Below are positions 26,628 through 38,326 of a DNA stretch of 64,000 nucleotides, one piece after another (within the stretch, counting starts at the first letter, position 1; each line of letters begins with the position of its first letter). Both the position numbers and the translations under genes were made by a program. The stretch lies in assembly GCF_035084215.1 (NCBI RefSeq), contig NC_090331.1:39060001-39124000 (forward strand), read 5' to 3'. Source of the DNA: Heptranchias perlo. Taxonomy: Eukaryota. The notes beneath the pieces were generated by a model. That model was not told the DNA's origin. It worked only from the letters and a program-made list of their open reading frames with translations, and made no database searches.

Positions 26628-27482
26628 CTAAAAGAAAAAAAAGATATTCATGCATTAGCCACAGTTTTGCCTAACAGTAATTTTAGTGTGATAATACATC
26701 GAGTATCATAAATAACCTGCAATATGTTTCAAAACAGTAACACATTGAAGAATTGAGAAAATGTCACAAACTACAAGAGCAAAGCTCAGGCTATTTTCTA
26801 ATCACCTTAATACCAAGATATGTTACTGCCTTAGGCCAAATTCCAGTCAGTGTATGCTACTTTCTTTATAACATATATACAAACTTCAAGATTTTTTTTA
26901 CTGTTTTTCACTAAATGCTTTCTATTTTTCATATTTGATAGTTAAAGTATCATAGCAGACAGTAATAAATGTCAGGCCCTTATGAGAGAATTGTCAATTT
27001 TTGCAAGCATTGAAATTGTACCATATGATTTAACAAATAGTAATACTGGGATTTATTTAACTAAATGAAACGGGACAATATCAAAATATCACAGCCTTTA
27101 TCTTATTATAAATAATTGCTAATGAATCCCAACTTTACATTTAAGTAAATCTTCTGTGTTAACTTCTACAAATGTTTTCTACATTGCATTAATAGTTGAA
27201 CAATACTACAAAACTGTAAATTCATTCCTTTCGAAATTAATAACAGTGGCAATTATGTAATTTTTTGTTTTAGTCTTGCAGAATGCAATGCATTTTTGAA
27301 CTACCTGCAAGCATTTATTAAGTTTTGTTAAATAATACTCATGTTACATAACTTTTCACATAATAACTTCAATTGCTGGTATTTTGTCAAACATCAAAAC
27401 CAGTACATTCAATTCCAAAGACAGAAAAATTTGAAGGAATAATTATTTTTGAACATTGCTTTAAACCAAATAATTTTCTTAC

Positions 27483-27753
27483 CTATAATCGAAAGAATGA
27501 CCACCACAAAGTCGAAAATATTCCAGCCTATTGTAAAGTAATAATAGCGGAGTGCAATCATTTTAAGCACACACTCGCTTGTGAAAAGGACAATGAAAAC
27601 CAGGTTGATCCAAGATAAGATGTCGTTCATCTCGTCACTTTGATCATCAGTCTCCACCATCATGGTGACCATGTTAAGGCAGATGAGAATCATGATGGTG
27701 ATATCAAAGACTTGCTGGGTTACAAAATCAAACACCATCCCTTGGATCTTGTT
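27483..27753 (-). CDS. scn2a: Nav alpha subunit exon (271 bp): DIV S1-S3
   Basis: ttttatag|AAC AAG ATC CAA GGG ATG: [39 protein letters not shown]...VVILSII G|gtaaga. Its phase joins the next exon as G|GC. Confidence 0.95.
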
Positions 27754-28624
27754 CTATAAAATAAGGTAAATAATACCAGAAAACTTAATTATTCTCAGTA
27801 GCAACTGCAAGGAATACGCATTGTTTGTTAACACCAATATATTTAAATACAGTAAAAAAATCATATCTTTCAACATATACACTCGGATATAATGTAGTCA
27901 CTGATATAATTTAGTCACAGGTGAGAAAAAATAGTTGTTTAAAAAAATATTCACGAAGAATTTTGAGCAATTGTGGAAATCCATTGGCCAGATTGGGTGA
28001 TTATATTCTCACTATAAAATAGCAGCTATTGTGCATCACACGGACTGTGACAGGGAAGCATGGCACTTGGAACAGTGAAAACACCTATTGCAATGCCACC
28101 TACAGGCATAGTAAGTACTGCAGGTACTTATAATGAGTTTCAGTGAAAAACACATTACCAATAAGTCAACAAATACAGAAAAATATAGAATTCTGATGAT
28201 CTCAGGGATCCCTGGAATTTCTTCATGGACTACCTAGGGCTCAGGAACTCTAGTGTGAAAATGTCTGGATTATATCACCATAATGTGGCATTGCATTATA
28301 TATCTGGAGGTTCATTGTGGGAGATGGAGGAAGTCTTGGGATAATGGGAGATGTTTTCTGCTTTAGAAAACAGGTTACTAATCTCACCACTTTTTGTTTA
28401 TTTTAATAGCATTGAATAGAAATGCTGATGACTTCAGTTTTCCGCTAGGTGAGTTAATTTAATAGAATTTCATGAGCTTTACCAGCAGAAACCTGTTTGC
28501 CTTAATGCTCATTTTATGCTTCTCAAGTGGCTTAATAGCCATTTATCTAGCCAAGCAATGATGAATGTTGGTATAACTCTGAACAATGAAAGATTGTACG
28601 AAATTAAGCAGAGCAATAAATTCA

Positions 28625-28815
28625 TACAGTGCAATTCACTGACATGGCCATTTATAGAACCAAACACAGAGAAAGCACAGGAATCCCCCTCAGCGGCCTG
28701 TATAAAGGAACAGCAGAGAGAGAGAAAGAGAGAAAAAGAGAGAGAGCAGAGAAAGCGTGGGACTCCTCCTCCCGCCCCAGCCCCCCACCACCCCGGCCAT
28801 GTATAAAGGAGCAGC

Positions 28816-28847
<32 letters not shown>

Positions 28848-31800
28848 CGAGAGAGAAAGAGAGAGAGCAGACAAAGCGTGGGGCTGCCCCCTCCCCAACC
28901 CCGGCCCGGTATAATGGAGCAGCGGAGAGAGAGAGAGAGCAGAGAGAGAGAAAGAGAGAGAGCAGACAAAGCGTGGGACTGCCCCCTTCCCACCCCCGGC
29001 CTGGTATAATGGAGCAGCGGAGAGAGAGACAAAAAATAATCAAAGGTGACGTAACAGGACAGCAGGTAGGGTGATTGGTTGGTGAGTATAACCTTTTTTT
29101 TTGCTAAGCTAGGGCACTGGTTTAAACTAAGAGCTGGGAAACTATAACTATTACTTTATTAAATTAGCAACTTAACTAGATGAACTAATTAGATAATAAA
29201 ACTAAAAACATTGAGTGAATAAAAACTCTAAATAAATAAATAAATAAAACAATGTTAGGTTGGGATGGCAGGGCAGGTGGTGTGTCGTAACTGCAGCATA
29301 TGGGAGTTTGTGGAAACCAGTGAGATCCCAGGCAACCACATCTGCAGTAAGTGTCTGCAACTCTAGGAACTTCGGCTCAGAGTTGTTGAGCTGGAGTCCG
29401 AGCTGCAGACATTGCGATGCATCAGGGAGGGGTGAGTTATCGGGACACTTTGACCCAGGAGGCAGTCACACCCCTTAGGATAGGTAGTAGTTTAGATTTG
29501 GTCAGTGATCAGGGGCAGGAGGATGTGACTGCAAGACAGGATGCAGTGATGGAGGAGCCTCAGCCTTTGACCTTGTCCAACAGGTTTGAGGTGGTAAGGG
29601 ATAGTATAGTCAGGGGGTCAGATACTGTTCTCTGCAGCCGCGACCGAGAGTCCCGAAGGCTTTCCCGGTGCCAGGGTTAAGGATATCTCCTCGCAGCTGG
29701 AAAAGAACTAGGAGCATGAGGTGGAGGATCCAGTTGTTGTGGTCCATGTAGGAACCAACGACATAGGCAGAACTAGGAATGAGGTTCTGCTGAGGGAGTG
29801 TAAGGAGCTAGGGTCCAAATTAATAAGAAGAACCTCAAAGGTAATGGTCTCTAGATTACTACCTCAGCCATGTGCAAATTGGCATAGGGTCAGACAGACC
29901 AGAGAGTTAAATGTGTAGCTCAAAGCGAGGTGTGGGAGACAGGGGTTTTGATTCATGGGGCACTGGCACCAGTACTGGGGAAAGAGGGAGCTGTTCCCTT
30001 GGGATGGGCTCTACTTAAACTGGGTTGGGACCAGTGTCCTGGCGAATAGAATAACTAGGGCTGTAGATAGGGCTTTAAACTAAAAAGGGGGGGGGAGGGG
30101 TCAGGTGAGGGGAAATTTAGAAATCTAAAGAGAAAATTCAAGGCAACAGAGCAGCGTAACAATTAGGGTAAAGATAAGCAGAGTGTGGCAGGAAGGGACA
30201 GAGAGTTTAACAGTAATAATGCATCAGCGAATAAGGTCAAAGCACGGAAAAATGCTAAAAGTTAAAATTAAAGGCGCTTTGTCTGAATGCACGAAGCATT
30301 CGTATCAAGATAGACAAATTAATGGCACAGAGATAAATAGGTTTGATCTAATAGTAATTACAGAGACGTGGTTGCAAGGTGACCACGGTTGGGAACTAAA
30401 TATTCCAGGGTAGTTGATGTTTCAAAAAGACAGACAAAATGGAAAGTCGGGGTGGGGGGGTGGGGGTTAACCTGATAATGAAGGATGACCTAAGGACAGT
30501 AGTGAGAAAGGATTTGGCTCGGAAGATCAGGAAGTAGAATCAGTATGGGTGGAGATAAAAAATAACAAGGGGCCGAAAACACTGGTGGGAGTGGTTTATA
30601 GGCCCCCTAACAGTAGTTATACTGTTGAAGAGAGTATTGATCAAGAAATAAGAGAAGCATGTAACAAAGGTAATGCAATAATCATGGGGGACTTTAATTT
30701 TCATATAGACTGGACAAATCAAATTGGCAAAGGTAGATTGGAGGATGAGTTCATGGAATGCATTCGAGATAGTTTCCCAGAACAATACGTTGTGGAACCA
30801 ACCAGGGAATAGGTTATTTTAGATCTTGTATTGTGTAATGATTCAGGGTTAATTAATAATTACATAGTAAAGGATTCTCTGAGGAAGAGTGATCATAATA
30901 TGATAGAATTTCACATTGTGTTCGAGAGTGATGTACTTAAGCCCGAAACTAGTCTTAAATTTAAATAAAGTCAGTTACATAGGTATGAGGGACGAGTTGG
31001 CTAAGGTAGATTGGGAAATTAGATTAAAAGGTATGACGATAGATAAGCAATGACAAACATTTAAAGAAATATTTCAAAATTCTCAACAAATATATATTCC
31101 ATTGAGGAATACAAACTCCACGGGAAAAGTGATCCATCCATGGCTAACTAAAAAAGTTAAGGATAGTACTGGATTAAAAGAAGAGGCTTTTAACGTTGCC
31201 AAGAAGAGTAGTAAGCCTGAGGATTAGGAAAGTTTTAGAACCCAGCAGAGGATGACCAAAAAATGGATTAAAAAGAGAGAAAATAGAATGAGAGTAAACT
31301 AGCAGGAAATATAAAAACAGATTGTGAGGGCTTCTACAAGTATGTAAAAAGGAAGAGAGTAGCGAAAGTAAACATAGATCCCCAAAAGGCTGAGACAGGA
31401 GAAATTATAATGGGGAATAAGGAAATGGCAGACACATGAAACAAATATTTTGTATTTGTCTTCACAGTAGAAGACACAAAAAACATACCAGTAATAGTGG
31501 GGAACCAAAAGGATAATGAGTGTGAGGAACTTAAAGTAAATAATATTAGTAAAGAAAAAGTACTAGAGAAATTAATGGAACTAAAAGCTGACAAATCCCC
31601 TGGACCTGAACGCCTACCCTATGGGTTCTAAAAAAAGTGGCTGCAGAGATAGTGGATGCATTGGCTGTGATCTTCCAAAATTCCCTAGATTCTAGAACGG
31701 TCCCAGTGGATTGGAAGATAGCAAAAGTAACGCTGATATTCAAGAAAGGAGGGAGAAAGAAAACAGGGAACTACAGGCCAGTTAGCCTGACATCGGTTGT

Positions 31801-33129
31801 TGGGAAAATGCTGGAATCCATTATTAAGGAAGTGGTATCAGTGCACTTAGAAAATCATAATATGATTAGGCAGAGTCAACATGGTTTTATGAAAGGGAAA
31901 TCGTGTTTGATAAATCTGTTAGAGTTTTTTGAGGATGTAACTAGCAAGTTAGATTTAGATTTTCACAAGGTGTTCGATAAGATGCCACATAAAAGGCTGT
32001 TACACAAGATAAGGGCTCATTGGGTTGTGGGGGGTGATAAATTAGCATAGATAGAGGATTGGTTAATGGACGGAAAATAGAGAGTAGGAATAAACGGGTC
32101 ATTTTCAGGTTGGTAGGCTATAATGAGTTGGGTGCCGCAAGGATGAGTGCTAGGGCCTCATTTACAATCTGTACTAATGACTTAGATGAAGGGACCAAGT
32201 GTAATGTATCCAAGTTTGCTGACGATACAAGCTAGGTGGGAGAGTAAGCTGTGAGGAGGACGCAAAGACTCAGCAAAGGGATATAGACAGGTTAAGTGAG
32301 TGGGCAAGAAGGCGGCAGATGAAGTATAATGTGGGGAAATGTGAGGTTATTCACTGGTAGGAAGAATAGAAAAATAGAATATTTTTTAAATGGTGAGAAA
32401 CTATTAAATGTTGGCATTCAGAGGGATTTGGGTGTCCTCGTATACTAAACACAGAAAATTAACATGCAGATAAAGCAAGCAATTAGGAAGGCAAATGGCA
32501 TGTTGATCTTTATTGCAAGGAAGTTGGAGTACAAGAGTAAGGAAGTCTTGCTACAATTGTATAGAGCCTTAATGAGACCACACCTGGAGTACTGTTCACC
32601 GTTTTGGTCTCCTTATCTAAGGAAGGATATACTTGCCTTAGAGGCGGTGCAACGAAGGTTCACTAGATTGATTTCTGGGATGAGAGGGTTGTCCTATGAG
32701 GAGAGATTGAGTAGAATGGGCCTATACTCTCTGGAGTGTAGGAGAATGAGAGGTGATCTCATTGAAACATAAGATTCTGAGAAGGCTTGACATGGTAGGT
32801 GCTGAGAGGCTGTTTCTTCTGGCTGGACTGTCCAGAAACACGAGGTATAGTCTCAGGAGAAGGGGTCAGCCATTTAAGACTGAAATGAGGAGGAATTTCT
32901 TCACGCAGAGGGTTGTGAATCTTTGGAATTCTCTACCCCAGAGGGCTGTGGATGCTCAGACCTTGAGTATATTCAAGGCTGTGATCAATAGATTTTTGGA
33001 ACCTAAGGGAATCTAGGGATATGGGGATTGGGCGGGAAAGTGGAGTCGAAGTAGAAGATCAGCCAAGACTTGCAAAGCATGCTCGAGGGGTCGTACGGCC
33101 TACTCCCGCTCCTATTTCTTATGTTCTTA
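28625..33129 (+). mobile_element. Near full-length, degraded CR1 LINE (5'UTR repeats, ORF1, ORF2, 3' tail)
   Basis: ORF1 from 29265 (MAGQVVCRNCSIWEF...HICSKC zinc finger, then SGNH-esterase-like DSIVRG, VHVGTND) to TAA 30083. ORF2 pieces ITETWL, VYRPP, MGDFN and NYRPVSLTS. Tail ttcttatgttctta. Confidence 0.92.
28694..29030 (+). repeat. Tandem ~100 bp units in the CR1 5'UTR
   Basis: Units of cggcc.gtata(a/t).ggagcagcg-(GA)n-aaagcgtggg-C-rich, about 3.3 copies. Confidence 0.85.
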
Positions 33130-33184
33130 AACACTGAAACCAAAGTATTTGCTCTTATGTGTGTAATCAACCGTTGAATTTTGA

Positions 33185-33376
33185 TGTGGAGATGCCGGTG
33201 ATGGACTGGGGTGGACAAATGTAAGGAATCTTACAACACCAGGTTATAGTCCAACAAATTTATTTTAAAATCACAAGCTTTCGGAGATTATCTCCTTCGT
33301 CAGATGATTGAATGAAAAGGTTCTCAAATCGCATATCTTATACGATGTTGGGACAGCATCACACCAATCAAAAGGT
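33185..33376 (-). mobile_element. Short Penelope-derived element with hammerhead ribozyme
   Basis: Shares the tail ccccagtccatcaccggcatctccacatca with 55736-57318. 12-bp target duplication gttgaattttga at 33173-33184 and 33377-33388. Confidence 0.85.
33269..33309 (-). ncRNA. Minimal type I hammerhead ribozyme
   Basis: AATCAT CTGACGA A GGAG ataat CTCC GAAA GCTT GTGATT. Confidence 0.8.
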
Positions 33377-34143
33377 GTTGAATTTTGAGATCAGGAACAA
33401 AAATTAAATTACATTTCATATTTGAAAAATTGTGTAGTGTCTCGTTGTGTAGATTGTATTTATCATATATTAACTTTGGTAATTGGTGCACACATACCAT
33501 TGAAGTCTCCTATGTCAACTGGCCCCTTTTGGAAAATCCCATAATAAAATTGTCCACATTTACCTACAACACCTGTTATGCCTACAGGTGGTGCTATGAT
33601 AGGTATTTTCAATGTTATGTGTCATGGTTTTGCCTGTCATATAATGCTTGATGTCACATAATAGTTGCTATTGTAAACTGAGACTGTATGATAAAAAGAA
33701 ATGCTTAACTCCACATATGGTTACAGGCTTTGGCCACTGGGTATTGCAATAGAGCAGTTTAAGTTTCTGAGCTTCCAGTTTGTCAGCCATATTGGTAAAG
33801 AAAGTTTCATAGCTAATTTTGCATTTAAATCTAATTTTCTGCATTTAACCCATGAATTGGCTGCTCTTCCAGTGCCCAGCCTGCCTCTCTGCTGCCCTCC
33901 CCTCTTCAAAACAGCTGCTGTACTGGTGGCCCGATTATTATTCCCCTGGTGCTGGCCTGATGTTCCACTTGTTCACAGGCTACATTGCTGTTACGCTTGG
34001 CTTCCACTCCTCACATTCTTCCACCAATCTTCTGCTCATTCTCTGTTCAATTGCTGGGCTGTTGTTGGGTTCTTAGATAGCAATTTTTAAAAAATTCCTG
34101 GGCCCTTTCATAGACAGTCTCTGCCTCAACTGTAATTTTGCGA

Positions 34144-35018
34144 ACAAATGAACATACGAATTAAGTGCAGGAGTAGGCCATTCGGCCCCTCAAGCCTGCT
34201 CTGCCATTTGATAAGATCATGGCTGATCTGATTGTGACCTCAACCCTACTTTCCCGTCTACCTATTATAATCTTTGACTCCCTTGTTAATCAGGAATCCA
34301 TCTAACTCAGTCTTAAAAATATTCAATGACCCTGCCTCCACCGTTCTGCGGGGAAGGGAGTTCCACAGACTCAAGACCCTCTGAGAGAAAAAATTCTCCT
34401 CATCTCCGTCTTAAATGGGAGACTCCTTATTTTTAAACTGTGGCCCCAAGTTCTAGTCTCTCCCACAAGGAGAAACACCCTCTCAGCATCTACCCCTTCT
34501 AGTCCCCTCAGGATCTTACATGTTTCAATAAGATCACCTCTCATTCTTCTAAACTCCAGTGTATACAGGCCCAACTTGTCCAATCTTTCCTCATAAGATA
34601 ACCCCCTCATCCCAGGAATCAGTCGAGTGAACCTTCTCTGAACCGCCTCTAAAGCAATTATGTCCTTTCTTAAACAAGGAGACCAAAACTGCACAAGGTA
34701 TTCTAGATGTGGCCTCACCCTGTGCAACTGTAGCAAAACATCTCTACTTTTATATTCCATTCCATTCCCCTTGCAATAAATGACAACATTCCATTTGCCT
34801 TCCTAATCACTTGCTGTACCTGCATACTAACTTCTTGTGATTCATGTATTAGGACACCCAGATCCCTCTGTACCTCACAGTTCTGCAATCTCACTCCATT
34901 TAAATAATATACTGCTCTCCTATTCCTCCAGCCAAAGTGGACAAGTTCACATTTTCCCACATTATACTCCATGTACCAAATTTTTGCCCACTCACTTAAC
35001 CTATCTATATCCCTTTGC
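34144..35018 (-). mobile_element. CR1 LINE 3' fragment
   Basis: ORFs 34371-34760 and 34715-34972 (RPHLEY, RMRGDLIE). Confidence 0.9.
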
Positions 35019-35580
35019 AGACAAATTTTCTTTGAATTCTTGGGCCTGTTCTCAGGCTGGTTTCTACTGTTACTTTTTTTTTTACTCTTGTGGCTGTTCT
35101 TAGCTGCTCTCTACTCATTATCAGATTTCAGCACTATTATGATTCAATAATTTCTTTCAGAAGTCTTGGAAACTCAACTGAAAGTTTGTTGTGTACAAAG
35201 TTTCACTGTTGTAATTTCCTTCTCTTCCTCATTGCAAAGCAATTCATTTTTTGAATATCTGATTTAAAAAGGAACTGTAATTCTACTATAGCTTCTCTCC
35301 CCACCTCTAGCTTTGCTCTATCTTCACTCCTAGTCCCGTATGGCCTTCAACATTAAAGCTTTCCTTTCGTCCTTGTCTACCCTGCTCTATAAGCCCATTT
35401 CACCCAAGGATTATTATTCATCTTAATTCCCTCTGTGCGACACCATGAGAGATCGATTAGTTAAGACTTATATTTAAATGAATTTCTTGTGATTGTTCTT
35501 TCCTTCTTTCTACGTGTAATGATTAATTTAAACACCCAGACCGTGAAGTTCTGATTTACCATGAAGGAGAATTAGGTACA

Positions 35581-36046
35581 GAACCATAGAACCATAGAAA
35601 AGATACAGCACAGAAGGGGACCATTCGGCCCATCGTGTCTGTGCCGGCTTGAAGAACAACCAGGTGCCCATCCTAATCCCACCTCCCAGCACCTGGTCTG
35701 TAGCCCTGCAGCTTACAGCACTTTAGGTGCAGGTCCAGGTACTTTTTAAAAGAACTGAGGGTCCCTGCCTCCACCACCAATTCAGGCAGCAAATTCCATA
35801 CACCCACCACCCTCTGGGTAAAAAAGCTTCTCCTCATGTCCCCTCTAATCCTTCCGCCAATCAGCTTCAATCTATGTCCTCTAGTTCTTGAACTCTCTGC
35901 TAGGGGAAACGGGTACTTCCTGTCTACTCTATCTAGGCCCCTCATAATTTTGTACACTTCAATCAAGTCTCCCCTCAGCCTCCTCTGCTCCAAGGAAACA
36001 ACCCCAGCCTATCCAATCTCTCCTCGTAGCTGCAATTTTCAAGCCC
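35581..36046 (-). mobile_element. CR1 LINE 3' fragment (TTCTATGG tail)
   Basis: ORF 35673-35993 (RLRGDLIEVYKI...FFTQRVV). Tail gaaccatagaaccataga on the plus strand. Confidence 0.88.
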
Positions 36047-36864
36047 TGTATATTGTTGTTGTACATTAACGTTTTTCAACGGCTTATTGTTCAACATGCA
36101 CCCAAACCCAGCACTGCTCAGCTGATTAGAGTGCTGGTGATCAGTGCAGTTTCATCGTTCATTGGCAAGTGTTGGGTTAAGTACTTAATCTCTGGTGGAG
36201 CCTGAATGGCTAGACAGCCTTCTCCCACCAACCGTAGCACTGAACCAGTTAATATAAATATAATATTGTATAAAATTCATGTTGAAAAAATAATCTAAAA
36301 AGAGTTTAGCTGCTCCCTTTTTGAATTAACACTAGCTGAGCAGATACATTAATTGCTGCCTGGTCATTTAAATTTCCCCTATTGGAAAACTACTGCATCT
36401 TTCCCTGAAAGCTCAATAACAAAGTATTAAAAGACAACAGCAGATTTTTCAAAAGAGATTTTGCTACCAATTTCACTCCTTTTGTTGGGGAGGGGAGGGT
36501 GGGGGGGGTCAGAAAAGAAGGAATGGCACAGAAAACATTACAAAAAACAGGGGGTTCGAACTGATTTTCCAGTTTTAATACCCAACTATTAATCAAGAGC
36601 AAAAGCACTCCCATTTCAGTTCTAGTTGCTGGTTTCATAATTTTTTCACACATTTATTCATTTTCTAAATGTCTATACTTATTGTACATAACCTCTACTT
36701 AGTGGATAAGTGGATTAAACTCCATTCCATGGTTAACCACTACAGCAGGCGCATCCTTTGCTCCTTAGTGTGTTCTTCATGTGAACTCTGTACTTTGTAA
36801 GCATAACAGTACAAATTGTTTAATTCATCGATTATTTTTGCTATATTAAACTATTAGCTCTTAC

Positions 36865-36969
36865 CAAGGGCCTGGGTATAGGTTTCTGTGGTTTCTTGGA
36901 GCCAAGCTTTTTCATAGCATTGTAATATTTCTTTTGTTCTTCAGTCATGAAAATATCTTGACCTCCAAA
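36865..36969 (-). CDS. scn2a: Nav alpha subunit exon (105 bp): DIII-DIV linker with IFM fast-inactivation motif
   Basis: [35 protein letters not shown]. Acceptor ...cactttac|TTT (AC), donor TTG|gtaaga. Not in the ORF track. Confidence 0.95.
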
Positions 36970-37738
36970 GTAAAGTGACAAAGCAAACTGGTTATAACCA
37001 CATACATAGCAAACTGTCAATTTTACAACATTCAGTTAGACTTTTATAAAATACACCCCTTACTTTTATCTCAATAAAAGTGAGACCACATGAACTGTAT
37101 TGGTAAACTATGGAACATATATGATTACCTCTAAAGTATGAAATCTTTCACAAAATGATTTTTTAAAGTCTGTAAATATAATGGTACTTTGGAAATTTAT
37201 TAGGAAAAAATACTAGAAATTTTGCTTTTGGATTTTTCTATTGTACATTTGAAATTATAAAATGTTCTTTCCTTTTCCTTTTATAACTTTGCACCAGCCT
37301 GAAACCTTATTGCCCAGCATCTTTTGCACCAATTAATTTATGTGTCACAGATCTTTTGCCTTGGTCTTCCAGCAGTAATTCCTGGTGATAATTAATCCGA
37401 GTTTCACCTGGTCTTAATTGAGCCAGACTACATAAGTTCAGGCAAGTGAACAGTCAAGACAAATTCTTTAGGGGATTGAGAAACACAACACTGTTATTAA
37501 GAGAAGGCTTTTTTTTAAAAAAACTAGCAATAGAACTAATTTGTGCAATTCAATTTTAAATTCATCTTCCATTAATATTGAGATTTGCTTCTGAGTTTTA
37601 TATGTTCATTTCAACACTGTTTTTCTTATTCTGTAATGTAACTGAATTTAGTAACGTTTAATCTTCCCTTATCACCATGCAGCTCAATAAGTTGGATTTT
37701 ATGCTGTTTTATAAGAAGTATTGTGACAAAAATTATAA

Positions 37739-38326
37739 AGCTGATTTTCTTAGAGCAAACAGTAGGTAGGTGGTGGGCAAACAATTGCACTGCCCACCCA
37801 ATGGCTCTAGCAAAAAGTCTGAACCATTTGTATAGTTGGGCGTCACTTAATGGAATAAGTAAGTTGCCAGCACTCAGTGAGCATTGACTGGCAGCTTGCT
37901 CATTGGAAGAGTGGGGGGAACCTGATGGCTCCTGTGCAGAGCCTAACCAGAAGTCAAAACTTAAAGGAGGGTGGGATGTATTCCTGGTGAGGGACCAATG
38001 AGCAGCCTGCAGTGAGTGGGAAGAATTTTGTGGGTCACAGGTCTTTTGGGTGTTTGGGAGCAGCCTCCATTGATCAGGTCACTCTACGTCAAATACCACT
38101 GGGCAGAGCACGCACAGCACAATACTCTCCCCATTGGTACATGAGAATTGTGTCAGGGTCCTGTAACCGATGTAGTACTCCGATTTTAATAAGGCCTGAA
38201 CCTGCATTTTGAGGTCTGATTGAAAATTGAATTGGGTTGCCAGTAGGCGAGAGATCATTAAAAAAAATTCTGCCAACTGCCCCATTTACAGTGCTAATGG
38301 GACAGAAGACAGATGAAAATTGCCCC
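37739..38326. mobile_element. Degraded MITE-like element
   Basis: gctgattttc...gaaaattgcccc termini with a GC-richer interior. Confidence 0.4.

Noticed and set aside
26628-26655. N-terminus MHEYLFFLL of the 398-aa ORF
   Set aside because: Intronic read-through of the polypyrimidine tract. The exon starts at 26627.
28509-29074. Overlapping ORFs rich in ER/SL repeats
   Set aside because: Translations of (GA)n microsatellites in the CR1 5'UTR.
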